Notes: generated by a model not told the origin, from the sequence alone. Counted from the whole stretch's first letter, positions 38,324 through 50,420 are shown. The stretch is 63,016 bases of DNA, filler included, from Lenisia limosa (GCA_001655205.1; 11 parts of 11 records of this genome joined end to end with filler, not necessarily neighbours in it), one strand, 5' to 3'. Translations and numbers: made by a program.

Positions 38324-38462
38324 AATGAAAAACTTTCGAAGAATAAAAAAGCCCATAATCCACTCGGCTTCAAAAGCACAAGGGTTGAAATCAACAAAAA
38401 CAAAGCCCGCACCCCACCATTTGATAAAATCTAGGACTAAAAGAGGCCCCACCTTTACCCGA

Positions 38463-41400
38463 AAGAGGCCCCACCTTTACCCAGGCCGCAGTGCCTGTTG
38501 TCGTGGTGGTGGCACAGAACTGAGTAACGTAAGTCAGCCCTCCTCTACCTGCCATGTAGCCCTGGTCTGGGGGGTGAGACAGATCTCGAGTAGAGGAGCT
38601 GAAATAATGGAAACAAAAGAGACAGAGGAGCTGAAATGTTTCCAAAAATTAACTGTATTGAAACACTTAACACGCACAAAGGCTGAACAACACAATCAAC
38701 AAAGCCCAGGCCAGTCACTGATAATTACTGTTGGTAAAGGTAAAAGTCACAAGCACACTTTCAAACACAACCAATTGTAGTCTGGGAGGGGGGGGGGTGG
38801 AAATACAAGAGAGAGAACTCCCCCCAACAATCAATCAAACACCCAATTCTGGTCAGAAATCAAATTAAACGTAAGTGTTGCGATTGACACTCCTCTACCC
38901 CCAACCAGTGATCATGAAGGCACCATGGTAGTGCACACCGTACTTAATAACGTTCCCGGTCTAGAGTGTAAGAGGTAAGGCAGAACAAAAGGCTGTGTTA
39001 TACGTTGATTAGGGCTTCACTTCGGTTCAAGGAAAAAGACTAAATTTCTCGATAAATCCTAATATATACCTTCCATCAAGTCCCTTCCATTGCCATCTCC
39101 AGCAAGTCCCTTCCATTGCCATCTCCAGCAAGTACATTCCATTCTCATCTAGTGCCAGCAAACCCACTCACTACAGCCACACAAATCGTAATTTGCATCT
39201 AAGAAAAGTTGCTTATCATACAACTTTTGTGACAGTATGAGAGATCGGGGGGGGGGGGGNNNNNNNNNNNNNNNNNNNNNNNNNNNNNNNNNNNNNNNNN
39301 NNNNNNNNNNNNNNNNNNNNNNNNNNNNNNNNNNNNNNNNNNNNNNNNNNNNNNNNTTCATCTCTCTTACACTTCTCGATACTTCACCACCTGACCAACG
39401 CAAATTTCCTTCGTTTGACTTATAAGTTTTCCAATTTCACTCCTCACCACTCCAGCCGGCAGCGTGGTGTCGAGGATTCGTCTTCCCACAGTCGATGTTG
39501 AAGCATCACGGAAGGTGTTGAAGGGATTATAGCCCGCGCCGTAGAACGTTCCGTCAGCTGCAGGGAGGGGGAGAAAAATGAAAGAAATTTCGATGAAGAA
39601 TTTGCGTAAAGGTACTAATCACGAAAATTGGAAAATTTATGAAACAAAAAAGCCCGAATCAACTCGGTTGGCTGACAAAACACGAGGGATAACAACAAAA
39701 CAAACAAAGCTCAGGTCAGTCGCTTCTGCAGCATCACACCCCATCACTCCAGCGTACGGTAAAATTGGAAAATTTAGAAAAAAAACGAAGGAAATTTGCA
39801 TAGGTGATGAGGGGTGGGTACAGTGAGTACAGGTGGTGAAGTACAAAGATGTGGAAGAGAGATGAAGGACCACCACATCTTCCAAAATGTCCCAGTTTCA
39901 CAGGATTCCCCCAATGTCTCACAATTCCCAAATGCCCCAATTGCCTACATAGTTTGACAGCACTCATATAGTACGATGCATACACCTCCACCGCGCCAAC
40001 TCCTCCTAGGTCAACCTTTGGGTGTTAAATGAAGATGGCAAATTAAGATGCTAAGATTGGTACATGTCATAAAAGTGAGAATTCTCCCTTGAAAGAACCA
40101 TTAGAGGGCAGCACAAGAAAAACATAATAACGTGGTAACGTCCAATAAAAGAAACAACATTCAGGAACAACCTTTGGCTTTTGGGCGCAAACCATGGATC
40201 CAGACTTAGACAAATGAATTATGACATGGATGCAATTTTTAGTCCCAATATTGCACCTACATGCGTTGGGACGGACACGGTGCTTGCGAGCAGATTCGCC
40301 TGGTAGTTGCCATTACCAAGGCCGAACAAGTTACCACTAGCTATGGTGGTGAGATGATAGAGATTATATCAGATTGTGTTATGTGATCAAAATGTGAAAA
40401 TGTGAGTATTCACAGCATTTCAGCGAAATAGTCAACATTGAATTAGGCATGCAAAAACTGGAGGATTTAGTGAAAAAGAAGGAAAGAAATGACTTTCGCA
40501 AGAGGTTAGAAAAGGGGACAAAATGGAGTAATTAAGGGAATATTTTGGAAGGACGTATCGATAATTAGCCTCTAACACAAGAAGTAAGAAATAAAAAATC
40601 AGAAGAAACAGATTCATACACCCACTTACCAATAATAAGGAAGTAGTTCTGGCCTGACGCGATGCTGGTGATGGTCATTCCAGCGAGGGTGTTGATTACC
40701 TTGATTGTCGGAAGGGAAACACCGATTTGCTTCAATGAACCATCTGCGGGGAGGGTAAAATGTGGATAAAGAACATTGGAGTGGTGGTACGATCATAGCC
40801 GGGGGAGACAACAAGAGAATTCAGAATTGGGTAGTTCCATATGATAAATGCGGACTATATCCTTTCATATACAAAACATTCATACATTTGCATACCCAAT
40901 GAGGAGCGTTTAAAATCTGGACGAATTCATCCTCCCCCCACCTGAATAAGCAGCCAAGAGAGTCTGGTATCCCGCCCCGAGTTTCTTAGGCATGCCAAAG
41001 GCCGCTGGGAACAAGGCATTCCCATCGTATACGTCGACTGATGAGGTTTCCTGGGGGAGTAAAACTGGTAATTTGAAAGAAAAAGCCTAACAATTTTAAT
41101 TCTCCATCCACATCTTTGCCCCTCCATCTTTGCCCCCCCACATCGCCGAGATAGTGGTCCGTTGATCCGGTACCACAGGTAGTGAAGACGTCTGGAAGGG
41201 TCAAAAGAGTCTAATAGACTAATTTCAACGTTGTGGTCTGAATTCCCCACAACCACCACCACAACCACCACAGTAACAGCTCTGTAACTCAAAAGACCCC
41301 ACCTTCGCTACAAGCAGTGATATTTTGCCATCCTGAGGCGTAGAAGCACGTGGCCTCGCGGACATCTGCCAAAACACTGCCAACTGGACAGTCGCCCTGA

Positions 41401-43367
41401 AGTGTCAAAATTCCTTGAATCAAGGTGTTTTAGTAAATCGAGTGTACGTTTGTTTTTGCCCCAAAAGATACCACTACTTATAAATAAAAAATCATTACAT
41501 TACGCAACACTTTCATGTAAAAAAAATATGACTGAACTTCATTATTTTCAAGAAGAAGCCTTGAGTTCAAATAAACCTGAATTCCCACCTCAAGCGTGAT
41601 TGAAATTAAGACTCCGTCGGAACGAAACTGCCTGAGGAGAGTCAAAATATGAAAGATAACCAAAATCAACAAGTTTGGCTCAACACTTGAAACAAGCACA
41701 AGGTTTATCAAAGAGTACTGTGGGTGGAAATATCAAACAATAAATAACCCCCAAAAAGAACTCAACAAAATGAATAGCGTTATGCCAACCTTGACACCAC
41801 GTTCACAAAGACAGTATCGGGAACTCTCGGAATTCCTGCACTGCAGACGACTTCTAAATATAGTCAACCCAAATATCCGCACGTGACTTTCAGAAAGTCT
41901 TAAAGTTATCATCAACTTTACATTCATTAGAAATATGTATGTGAAAATACTCTATGATAATATTTTTAGGCATCATATGCATAATCGATATATGATATCC
42001 ATACATCCACTTGTAACAGAATATACAATGAAAGTCGCCCCCCCCCCCNNNNNNNNNNNNNNNNNNNNNNNNNNNNNNNNNNNNNNNNNNNNNNNNNNNN
42101 NNNNNNNNNNNNNNNTGCAGATACTTCTTCCTAAAGCATTAGTGTGACAACAGTGCTTCTTTTTCCAGTACAGCAATATCCCGAATTGAAAAGGCGATTC
42201 ATTGAGAGTACAAGTAATGTTCTATGAAACACTGATTGTCTTTTCATAACAGAGGTCAATGTATTACTAAATGGACACCACCAGTGGATACGGGAAACCT
42301 ATCCCATGGAAATGGGACAATATTATTAGCATAGAAAATACCACTATTGGATAACATGCCCTCCCACTCGAGTAGCAGCGTGATAAGGCTCCGTACCCGG
42401 TCGTAAATGAAGCTGCACACCTGGTGCCTCCGCTGACATTCTAAATGATCATGAATAAACATTAAGAGGGAACTTTCAAAAACAAGTGAAATGGATCTCA
42501 ATGAAATCTTTTATTGATGCAGGTGGAATATCGAGAGCTTTAAAATGTAGATTAGGCTGACTCATATTGTTTCACCTTTATCTAAGCTCACCATCACAGG
42601 GAGTAGTTCTTTATGATATAACAATTGTGCATGCCGCAACCCCCCCATCCCAATCTCATCGCACTGACTCAATGGCATCCCAATCTCATCGCGCTGACTC
42701 AATGGCATCCCAATCTCATCGCACTGACTCAATGGCATCCCAATCTCATCGCACTGACTCAATGGCATCCCAATCTCATCGCACTGACTCAATGGCATCC
42801 CAATCTTATCGCACTGACTCAATGGCATCCCAATCTCATCACACTGACTCAATGGCATCCCAATCTCATCACACTGACTCAATGGCATCCCAATCTCATC
42901 GAACTGACTCAATGGCATCCCAATCTCATCGCACTGACTCAATGGCATCCCAATCTCATCGCACTGACTCAATCTCTCATTTTGGTAACAGTCAAAATCA
43001 CACAATAATGTTACAATCCATAAGTATCAACGTATAAACGAAACGAGGAAAACCAATCATATGAAGAAATGTTGTGAATGAAAAGGACAAGATCTATCTG
43101 TATATTCGCCCAAAAGCTCCACCCTACCCACATACTCGATGAATGCGAATGAGCATTTGAAATAGGCGAGAAGGCTCCAAATGAAGAGCAATGGAAGTGA
43201 CATTTCGCAGGAAATGGTAACAGAAAGCTCCCGTATCTCTTTTCTTTCAGCTTAACTTGTTTACTATCTCGTTTTCTTCCTCTTTTCTCTCCTTTTCATC
43301 CGAAAGTTTCAAACACACTCGTTCTCCGAGCCGGGTTCTTGCAACCACAAAAAGCATGGGGTTGTGT
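38463..43367 (-). CDS. Multi-exon beta-propeller-like protein (RCC1-like segments)
   Basis: Exons DVFTTCGTGSTDHYLGD, VDVYDGNALFPAAFGMPKKLGAGYQTLLAAYS, DGSLKQIGVSLPTIKVINTLAGMTITSIASGQNYFLII (RCC1-like L.G..I..IA.G), GNLFGLGNGNYQANLL, ADGTFYGAGYNPF, GAFMITGW. 5' end uncertain. Confidence 0.6.
39012..39062. mobile_element. Family A MITE, left half
   Basis: TA|GGGCTTCACTTCGGTTCAAGGAAAAAGACTAAATTTCTCGATAAATCCT; right TIR absent. Confidence 0.75.
39558..39830 (-). repeat. Family C repeat, long form, ending at a 3' splice site
   Basis: Minus strand ..GCAGAAGCGACTGACCTGAGCTTTGTTTG..GTCAGCCAACCGAGTTGATTCGGGCTTTTTTGTTTCATAAATTTTCCAATTTTCGTGA..ATTCTTCATCGAAATTTC..CCCTGCAG|exon. Confidence 0.8.
42646..42973. 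repeat. Homogeneous 30-bp tandem array x11
   Basis: CATCCCAATCTCATCGCACTGACTCAATGG with only isolated substitutions; no spacers. Confidence 0.97.
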
Positions 43368-43608
43368 ATAAAGTTAAGCCTGCAAAAAGTTTTGCACAGC
43401 CTGGCACAGCAAAAGCAAAACAGCAACCAGTCCCAAATAAGTTGCGATTGAAAGGTTTAAGCACACATATTGCGAGATTCAAGTTGGGGGGGTGATCATA
43501 ATGAACACTGATACATATATATTCCTCCTAGGTTCTGGGGAGAGGTTCACAAAGGTGATACTGTTCCTTTTCTATATCATAAATGAGGAGGAATGTTAAA
43601 CAGCTAGA

Positions 43609-46049
43609 ATGACAGATAAGGTTGAATTAAAAAGCTTGCAAGAGCCACTTATTCATTCGCCAGATGACCCCACGCCGCATTATTCTCTGTTCGCAGTCCC
43701 CAAGACGCAAGGATATCCTCTCGAGGACTGTAGGGGGGATATCAAAGATACTTGGGGGAGGGGGGGGGGNNNNNNNNNNNNNNNNNNNNNNNNNNNNNNN
43801 NNNNNNNNNNNNNNNNNNNNNNNNNNNNNNNNNNNNNNNNNNNNNNNNNNNNNNNNNNNNNNNNNNNNNNNNNNNNNNNNNNGTGCTCCTGAAATAAGAT
43901 GATAAATGCTTCTCATCACCCTTTGTGCGCTTTGTTCTTACTCCAATGGTAATCATCCGTAAACTTTTTCAGCCTTGACGAAGGCTTATCTCCTTCACGT
44001 CGTAGGGACTTCCTTTCGAGATTATTCCATCCGATTTCGATGAAAAGTCCATTGATAAGTCCCTCCATACCCCAGAATGTTGAGGGGTCTATTTTTCAAA
44101 ACATTTGATTGGCTATTATAATTACATTATCTTCAGCAGCATGTAATTATCTCAATAGTTGGCTGTAATAATTATGTTCAATACTCCGTTTTCCAGCCCA
44201 TTGACTCCGTAGCATTTGTGGAGTTCAATGCTGAGAACAAGGCCAAATGGGTGCTAGAAAGGAACCCTGACAAATCCGCTGTATACATAGGGTATGGGAA
44301 CAAATCCGCTGTATAGGGGATGGAGATGAATTTGACAGTTTTCGTCATGTATCTCATGGGGTTTTATGCAACGTAATTGTTTGGTGATTTCGTGGTATTT
44401 TTCACTGAGTAGATGTGATACGGTTGTTGTGTGTGAGGGCAGGATACTGGAGAAACCTACGTCTATCGAGAACGCCCGAGAAATGATCACTCTTCTTCAG
44501 GTAACGCTGCTGTGCACAGAGTGTAAGGCAAAGGATTAGTTGGGTGAATACACTGTACATGATCAAATATATAAGCGTAATTTCTGTGCAAGAGCTTTAC
44601 CTACTTTAGGGTCGAGAGCACTATGTCATTTCTGGTGAGTTTGTTGTGGCTTTGTATGTATGTACTGTTCCATATCGGGGTTTAATAACTGGCATATTGC
44701 TGTACAGTTTGCCTAAACACAGGTACAGGTTTTACAATATAGGTGTTTGCGTAATGGATGGCGCTAATATGCATGTTTTCCATGAGAAAACTCAGGTGAG
44801 TTCCTGCGATCGATCCGGATCGTTAGTTTTTGGGGGATTTGGGCGGATCCTGTAGGATTTCGATCCGGATTTTTTTTATAATTATTATTATTCATTAACA
44901 TTGAATGTATATTTTTGCTTGATTGTTTTTACCATGGTTCCCTATTTTTTGCATATAATGTCTTCCTTTTTTGTGCAGTATGCGTTTTAGAAAGAGCATG
45001 TGTGTATAGTAATAGCTGTAAGTACCGATTTTTCATTAATAATAAATATTATGATTATTATGAATTAGAACCACAACGGATCTTTGAATTATTTTAGAAC
45101 TCTTTTTATGACTTTCAATAACAAAAAAACGGATCTAATGTCGGATCCTACCCGGACCCTCGCTTTTTTTGATGAGTCGGATCCGGATCCGGATGTTGTT
45201 TTAGATTTTTAATTTGTTATATCCAGTATTTCCATTGTACATTTCCCATTTTCAGCCCCCCCCCCCCCNNNNNNNNNNNNNNNNNNNNNNNNNNNNNNNN
45301 NNNNNNNNNNNNNNNNNNNNNNNNNNNNGTTTGATTATAACCTTCATTATTCCGCTTTCGATAAAATTGGTAAGCAAAGGGCCATATTGTCATAATTCAG
45401 GTCACCTTCCGCCCCATGTCCGAAGAGGAGGTTATTGAATACGTTGACACGGGAGAATCTATGTGGGAATGCAATCTATGTACTCTCTATCCGAGGCATC
45501 TTGGACATCATAATAACAAATTGTCCACATAGCATTCCTTGTTAGAAATCATTTGAACTGAAATTCTCTTTTTTTTGGAATAATGAAACTTACAAAATCC
45601 CGCTTCACATAAACTCCAGACCTCTGTTACACAAATAGGGACAAAGCAGGAGGTTACGGCTGCCAAGGGCTTGCTTCCGTTTATATCACAAAAGTATGCT
45701 GGTCAATGCTGGAGTTGTATCAGTATTNNNNNNNNNNNNNNNNNNNNNNNNNNNNNNNNNNNNNNNNNNNNNNNNNNNNNNNNNNNNNNNNNNNNGGCTT
45801 CGGCAGGTACTCCTAATTTTTCATACAAATTTATCCATACTGGACAGTCGGAGGATGATTGCATAATAATGTAAAACAGTATTAGTAAATAATAGTATAA
45901 TATATGAGGAAACCAGCTGATCAGCATCGCCTAGAACGCAAAATCCGGTGAACTAACCATTTCAGTTTATCGGAGACTACAGCAACGTAGTAGGTTTGCC
46001 AATATGCCGTCTATATCAGCACCTGCAGAGCATCGGGTGCTTGAAGTAA
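43609..46049 (+). CDS. maf: Maf-family nucleoside triphosphate pyrophosphatase (ASMTL N-domain-like)
   Basis: MTPRRIILCSQSPRRKDILSRT / GLPFEIIPSDFDEKSIDK / AFVEFNAENKAKW / ILEKPTSIENAREMITLL / GREHYVIS / VTFRPMSEEEVIEYVDTGES / DKAGGYGCQGLASVYITK / FIGDYSNVVGLPICRLYQHLQSIGCLK*; all Maf signature motifs. Start 43609 or 43664. Confidence 0.95.
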
Positions 46050-46244
46050 TGGTGAATATATCTCAAATAAGCAATTGTTCTAAGAGGATTGTATAATTGT
46101 GTTGGATTTCTACAGTTGCGATTGTGTCGATAGTTGCAATAGAAGTCCACTTAAAGCAAATCTCATTACACTACATAATATACCAAGCATCAAAACACAC
46201 CATCGCACAGAAAACAGGAAAAAACTGACATAATTGAGCCAAAC

Positions 46245-47314
46245 AGAGCCTACCACCGTCCAAAAACGTCTAAAGCCTCCAGACCTGAAGAATTCGCCAC
46301 CTGAAGGGCGCGGTGTGTGGTTCTCAGACTGCAGGGAAAATGAAACAAGAAAAAGTAAGATGTGTAAGCCTAATTCACTCGCCTTCTATGCCCTCCCACC
46401 TTAATCAACATGGTTGACGTAGATCTGGTATACTTGATGACGCCAGTGGTGCAGAAGAGTGAACCTCCATATCTCAGGCCCTAATGGTCAGATACTAGCA
46501 CTACTTAATAAGCCATCTAAAGGATGAGTTATTCAACACTTTTCACGGTCATTGTACAAGGGAGCAAGCAGGCCTGGGCTTCTTCCGGGATTATATCTCA
46601 TTACAAATGGGTCTGACCGTAATGATATGGGTGAAACACTTTTATTGAAAGAAGAAACAGAAATCGCATGGAATCGAAAGAGATGCAGTCGGAGCCAGTC
46701 AAAGCATCCCATATCACCTAATTCCCCTCTCCCTTCACCTCCCATATCACCTTATTCCCCTCTCCCTTCGAGGGGTTCACTTCGGTTGGAAAATATCGAT
46801 AGTTTTCGAGGATTTATAGAGAAATTCAGTCTTTTTTGGAATCGAAGTGAAGCATTCCCCGCTCACCTCCCATTTTGCCTGGTATTCAGTGGAAGTAGTA
46901 TTAGTATACACTGAGCTGTAAGGCAAATGATTGGATAAATTTATAGTATACCATAGTCCAATATCTCTTATAAGCGTGACGGTATGGACGGCTTCGGCAA
47001 GATACAACCTTATTTTTNNNNNNNNNNNNNNNNNNNNNNNNNNNNNNNNNNNNNNNNNNNNGTTTTAATACCTTTGTTTATAAATGTAAGATAATGTCGC
47101 TGAAAAAGGAATCCCTATTTGACAAGACTTCTCTCCAACCATCATCATCTTCATCGTCGTAATATTCCTCATAATCGCTCTCGTTCTCGTCATTTTCGCC
47201 ACTCTTTGCGCGTTTTAACGGCGACTGCGGAGGGGTAAAACGAAGGAACAATCAATCCTAATCAAGAGAGGAGGGCTGGGCTCTCCTGATTAAAAACGAT
47301 CTTTGATCTACCAT
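46245..47314 (-). CDS. Small hypothetical protein with acidic N-terminus
   Basis: ATG|gtagat...ccgcag|SPLKRAKSGENDENESDYEEYYDDEDDDGWREVLSN; further open exons near 46410-46490 and 46245-46330. Convergent with Maf. Confidence 0.55.
46772..46853. mobile_element. Family A MITE
   Basis: GGGGTTCACTTCGGTTGG...GGAATCGAAGTGAAGC. Confidence 0.8.
46915..47017 (+). repeat. Family B dispersed repeat
   Basis: GCTGTAAGGCAAATGATTGGATAAATTTATAGTATACCATAGTCCAATATCTCTTATAAGCGTGACGGTATGGACGGCTTCGGCAAGATAC. Confidence 0.85.
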
Positions 47315-47356
47315 TAATTTGAAAATTTGTATATCTGTGTGTTGTCTGTGTTAAAA

Positions 47357-48785
47357 ATGGCTACAATTGAAGAAGTTAAACAGCTTTTGGTCAAGGATGA
47401 GGTAAGCGTCACTTTTAGATTTTTGTAAAGCCACTCCCATCATCTTCCATGCGCTAAAAGGTCGTAATTATATTAATAAAAAGATATATTTTCGGATAAC
47501 TGAGGAAATTCGATCAGGGTATCACTTTCCTTTTTCTGACTCTCACAGATCATCCCACACTGCCTCCCTAAGGAGTACTTTGCCATTGACAGAAAACTCA
47601 AAGTTGGCAAAATTCAATTGGGCTGTTAAAGTTAGGGCACAAAAGGAATGGGAAAGATAAAAGTAGTTATGATAAATTGTATTTGGCAGTTCCTACTCTG
47701 TTATGAATACGGTTTGTATAATAAATTTGTACTCAATTAAAGCTCCTATTTTGTTGTAGATTTGTATGTTTCTCGTTTGCTGTAATAAATTCAGACTATT
47801 AATAAGTCGTATTTTGTACCAATCAGCTTTGCAAAAGAAGGGAAATTAGACTAGGAGTTACCGAGTGTGTGGAGGGAACTATGAAACTATATGTGAGCAC
47901 TCTCATCCCACAGGTGACATTCCCAGACCTTGACGTCACGCCTATGGTGCAGACTCCGGCCGTTCATGTGGGGGCTATACATTGACCACTTGTTACATAC
48001 TCTGGGAATAGTTTGTTTTTGCCTCTTCCTATTGTTCATTTTCACTTGTACACCCAATCTCCTCTTGAGCTTTCTTTACCCCTCGGCCAACTGGCAACCA
48101 ACTTTTGCAGGTCTTCCCCACCCCCACTGTCACTATTGAAAACGCTCCTGACCTTTGTACTGTGGCTATGATTGATTTGGACCCTCCCTCCCGCGCCAAC
48201 CCCAAGTTCAGAGCATGGTGGGTGCCATCTTGAGCTTTCTGGTTCCACAGGACATGTACATTACCGAAATATATCGAAAGTTGATCGACTATTCAGTCAA
48301 GTACCAGTGCTATTCTTTTCCATCTCGGGGTCTGACAGTGGTTTTTCCCTTCAATACTATGGTGTCTATTCTCTCTGACTCATATTCTGCTATGATCTTA
48401 TATAATCTAAGTTTCAATATTTAATGCTGTACTTTTGCCATGCGCTTTACTACAAGGCTTCTCTTCGCATTTCCCATTAACTTGCCCAGGAAACACTGGC
48501 TGGTAGTCAACGTTCCCAACGGCGATGTGACTAAGGGTACTGAAGTGGCCGCGTACGTCGGTTGTGGCGCCCCTGAAGGTGGTGTCTTTGTTGTAAACGA
48601 AAGTGTCTCATAATTGTATATGATCTGGACTATTTCCTTTCTCGGCAGGTTTCAATATCCTTTTTAATTTTCTCATTTCGACTTCTAATAAAAACACTAC
48701 AGGAAGTCTGAAAAAACTTTTCATTTGGCTGAGTGGATATTATTACTCCATTGTAGGCACCGGACACCATCGCTATGTTTTCATG
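47357..48785 (+). CDS. PEBP: Phosphatidylethanolamine-binding protein (PEBP/RKIP family), 3' truncated
   Basis: MATIEEVKQLLVKDE / IIPHCLPKEYFAIDRKLK / VTFPDLDVTPMVQTPAVH / VFPTPTVTIENAPDLCTVAMIDLDPPSRANPKFRAW / KHWLVVNVPNGDVTKGTEVAAYVGCGAPE / GTGHHRYVFM. Confidence 0.93.
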
Positions 48786-49118
48786 GTTGTCCCACAGGTA
48801 TGAATATGGAGGCTGTAGGTTATTCTTTGTGTTCTGAAAATCAGTTTTATTGTATCATACATCATTTTTTTATATTGAATTTCACTTGGAAATACTTTGT
48901 ATTAATTCCATTACAACCTCAAACTTGACGGTAACATCACGGTGTGCTATGCCTCACTTTCTAAGGCCAAGGCTATTCAGAACCCAGCCAAGTGGTGGGG
49001 ACTTCTTCCCAACACCTCGTAGGGGGAAACTAAAGGATTTTGATAGTTATAAGGGGCAAGATCATAATAGTATATGATATAGTATATGTACACTGTATAC
49101 ATATATGTATAGTATATG

Positions 49119-49218
49119 NNNNNNNNNNNNNNNNNNNNNNNNNNNNNNNNNNNNNNNNNNNNTTAATTAATTAANNNNNNNNNNNNNNNNNNNNNNNNNN
49201 NNNNNNNNNNNNNNNNNN
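49119..49218. other. Artificial contig-joining spacer
   Basis: Same structure; truncates PEBP. Confidence 0.97.
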
Positions 49219-49439
49219 CAAAATCGTTCAAAAACGTGAAATAAATCTTGTTGGGAATATGCTTCCTATAAATCATAGCATATTTAGAATTTGAAAATTT
49301 GCTTATGAAGGCTTTTTAACCCAGTATCTCTTAGTATTCCCTTCTCACTTTTTTTTTTGCATTGCTCAAGGTCCATATTTCCTTGGTGTCTAACAATGGT
49401 TGCTGAGTCAGTTTTAATTGAGACCTGAAATCATTAAAA

Positions 49440-50170
49440 AAAACACTCCGGGGGGGTGTTACAGATCTGGACAACAGAAGGACCGTTTGAATCGCAGAAT
49501 ACAAAAGTCGGATTTTTGGCCTTGGGACTAATGTGCCCAATAACTTCCTGCAATGTAACAAGTAAACAAGTAATACTTGTTATAGGATCTGAGAAATGTT
49601 GATGTATGAGAAACTGGATGGAGTAATGCGGGTGCGAAATCAACACAAAAAGAAGAAAAATTCGGATAAATGGGGTAATACTATACACAGCTCACAACAC
49701 AAAGGAATAATTCCAAACTTACCGCTTTCTTCTGTGTGGAACTGAATAAGAAGATATCCTTGAAGGGTTGCTCCAAGTTGAATAAAGAGGGAAACGCCAT
49801 GTGGTGACTGCTTGCAATGCCGATAGAGTTGACCTCAGTTATGAAAACATCAGGGGTGGTGAACTTCTGTACCTTCTCGTCACCGAGGAGACTCCACAAG
49901 AGGCCGGCAACGCCAACCCTCCATAGGGACCAGTCTGACGAGTGAATTCCCAAGTCGAAGTCTTCACTTGTCTGGAACCGCCAGCTGAGGATGACCAGCA
50001 TCCCCTCCTCCTATTATGGTTGTTAGGAGTGTGTTTGAGGACAAAACAAAAGATGTTGTTGATTTAGTGGGAGCAAAAAAAACCCTCAATAATAAAGGCA
50101 TCTGAAAAAGCAACACAGCTACAGCCTACCAGTGGCCCTCGAGGGTATCATAAAACTCATTAAAAGCGAC
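49440..50170 (-). CDS. Hypothetical protein, internal exons
   Basis: Open exon EEGMLVILSWRFQTSEDFDLGIHSSDWSLWRVGVAGLLWSLLGDEKVQKFTTPDVFITE preceded by CTAAC...TAG acceptor; next exon SPHGVSLFIQLGATLQGYLLIQFHTEES|gtaagt. Confidence 0.55.
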
Positions 50171-50345
50171 GTGGCCTCATTACACTGATTTATTTCTTTT
50201 ACCCCAAGCAAACAAAAAAAAACCCAACAATCCTGCTAGTGCTAGGTTAGTGCTGCAAAGAGTAGACCACAGTATCCCCATCAGCCGATCACATATCGTT
50301 TCTCACTTCAACACGCATCTTTACTGTTTAAACCCTTTTTGTTCT

Positions 50346-50420
50346 ATTCAATATCACTTATAATCGTGATGGTGTGGACGGTTTCGGCCAGATACTGCCT
50401 TGTTTTATTTCTTATCAATG
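50346..50420 (+). repeat. Family B dispersed repeat (3' half)
   Basis: CAATATCACTTATAATCGTGATGGTGTGGACGGTTTCGGCCAGATAC..TTTTATTTCTTATC. Confidence 0.8.

Noticed and set aside
38890-40010. Papain-like protease (HGAFMITGW, DQGY, VEVYASYY)
   Set aside because: No QxxCGSCW or NSWG motif; neighbouring exons fit propeller/RCC1-like repeats better.
42646-42973. CRISPR array
   Set aside because: Units are head-to-tail with no unique spacers, the context is eukaryotic and there are no cas genes.
46981-47005. U6 snRNA 5' stem-loop (GCTTCGGC) in family B
   Set aside because: Only the tetraloop matches; no ACAGAGA box or other U6 sequence follows.
49825-50010. Plus-strand GGELLYLLVTEETP as an upstream RAB3GAP1 exon
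   Set aside because: The frame has two stops and wrong spacing, while the minus strand is fully open with a CTAAC branch point and splice sites.
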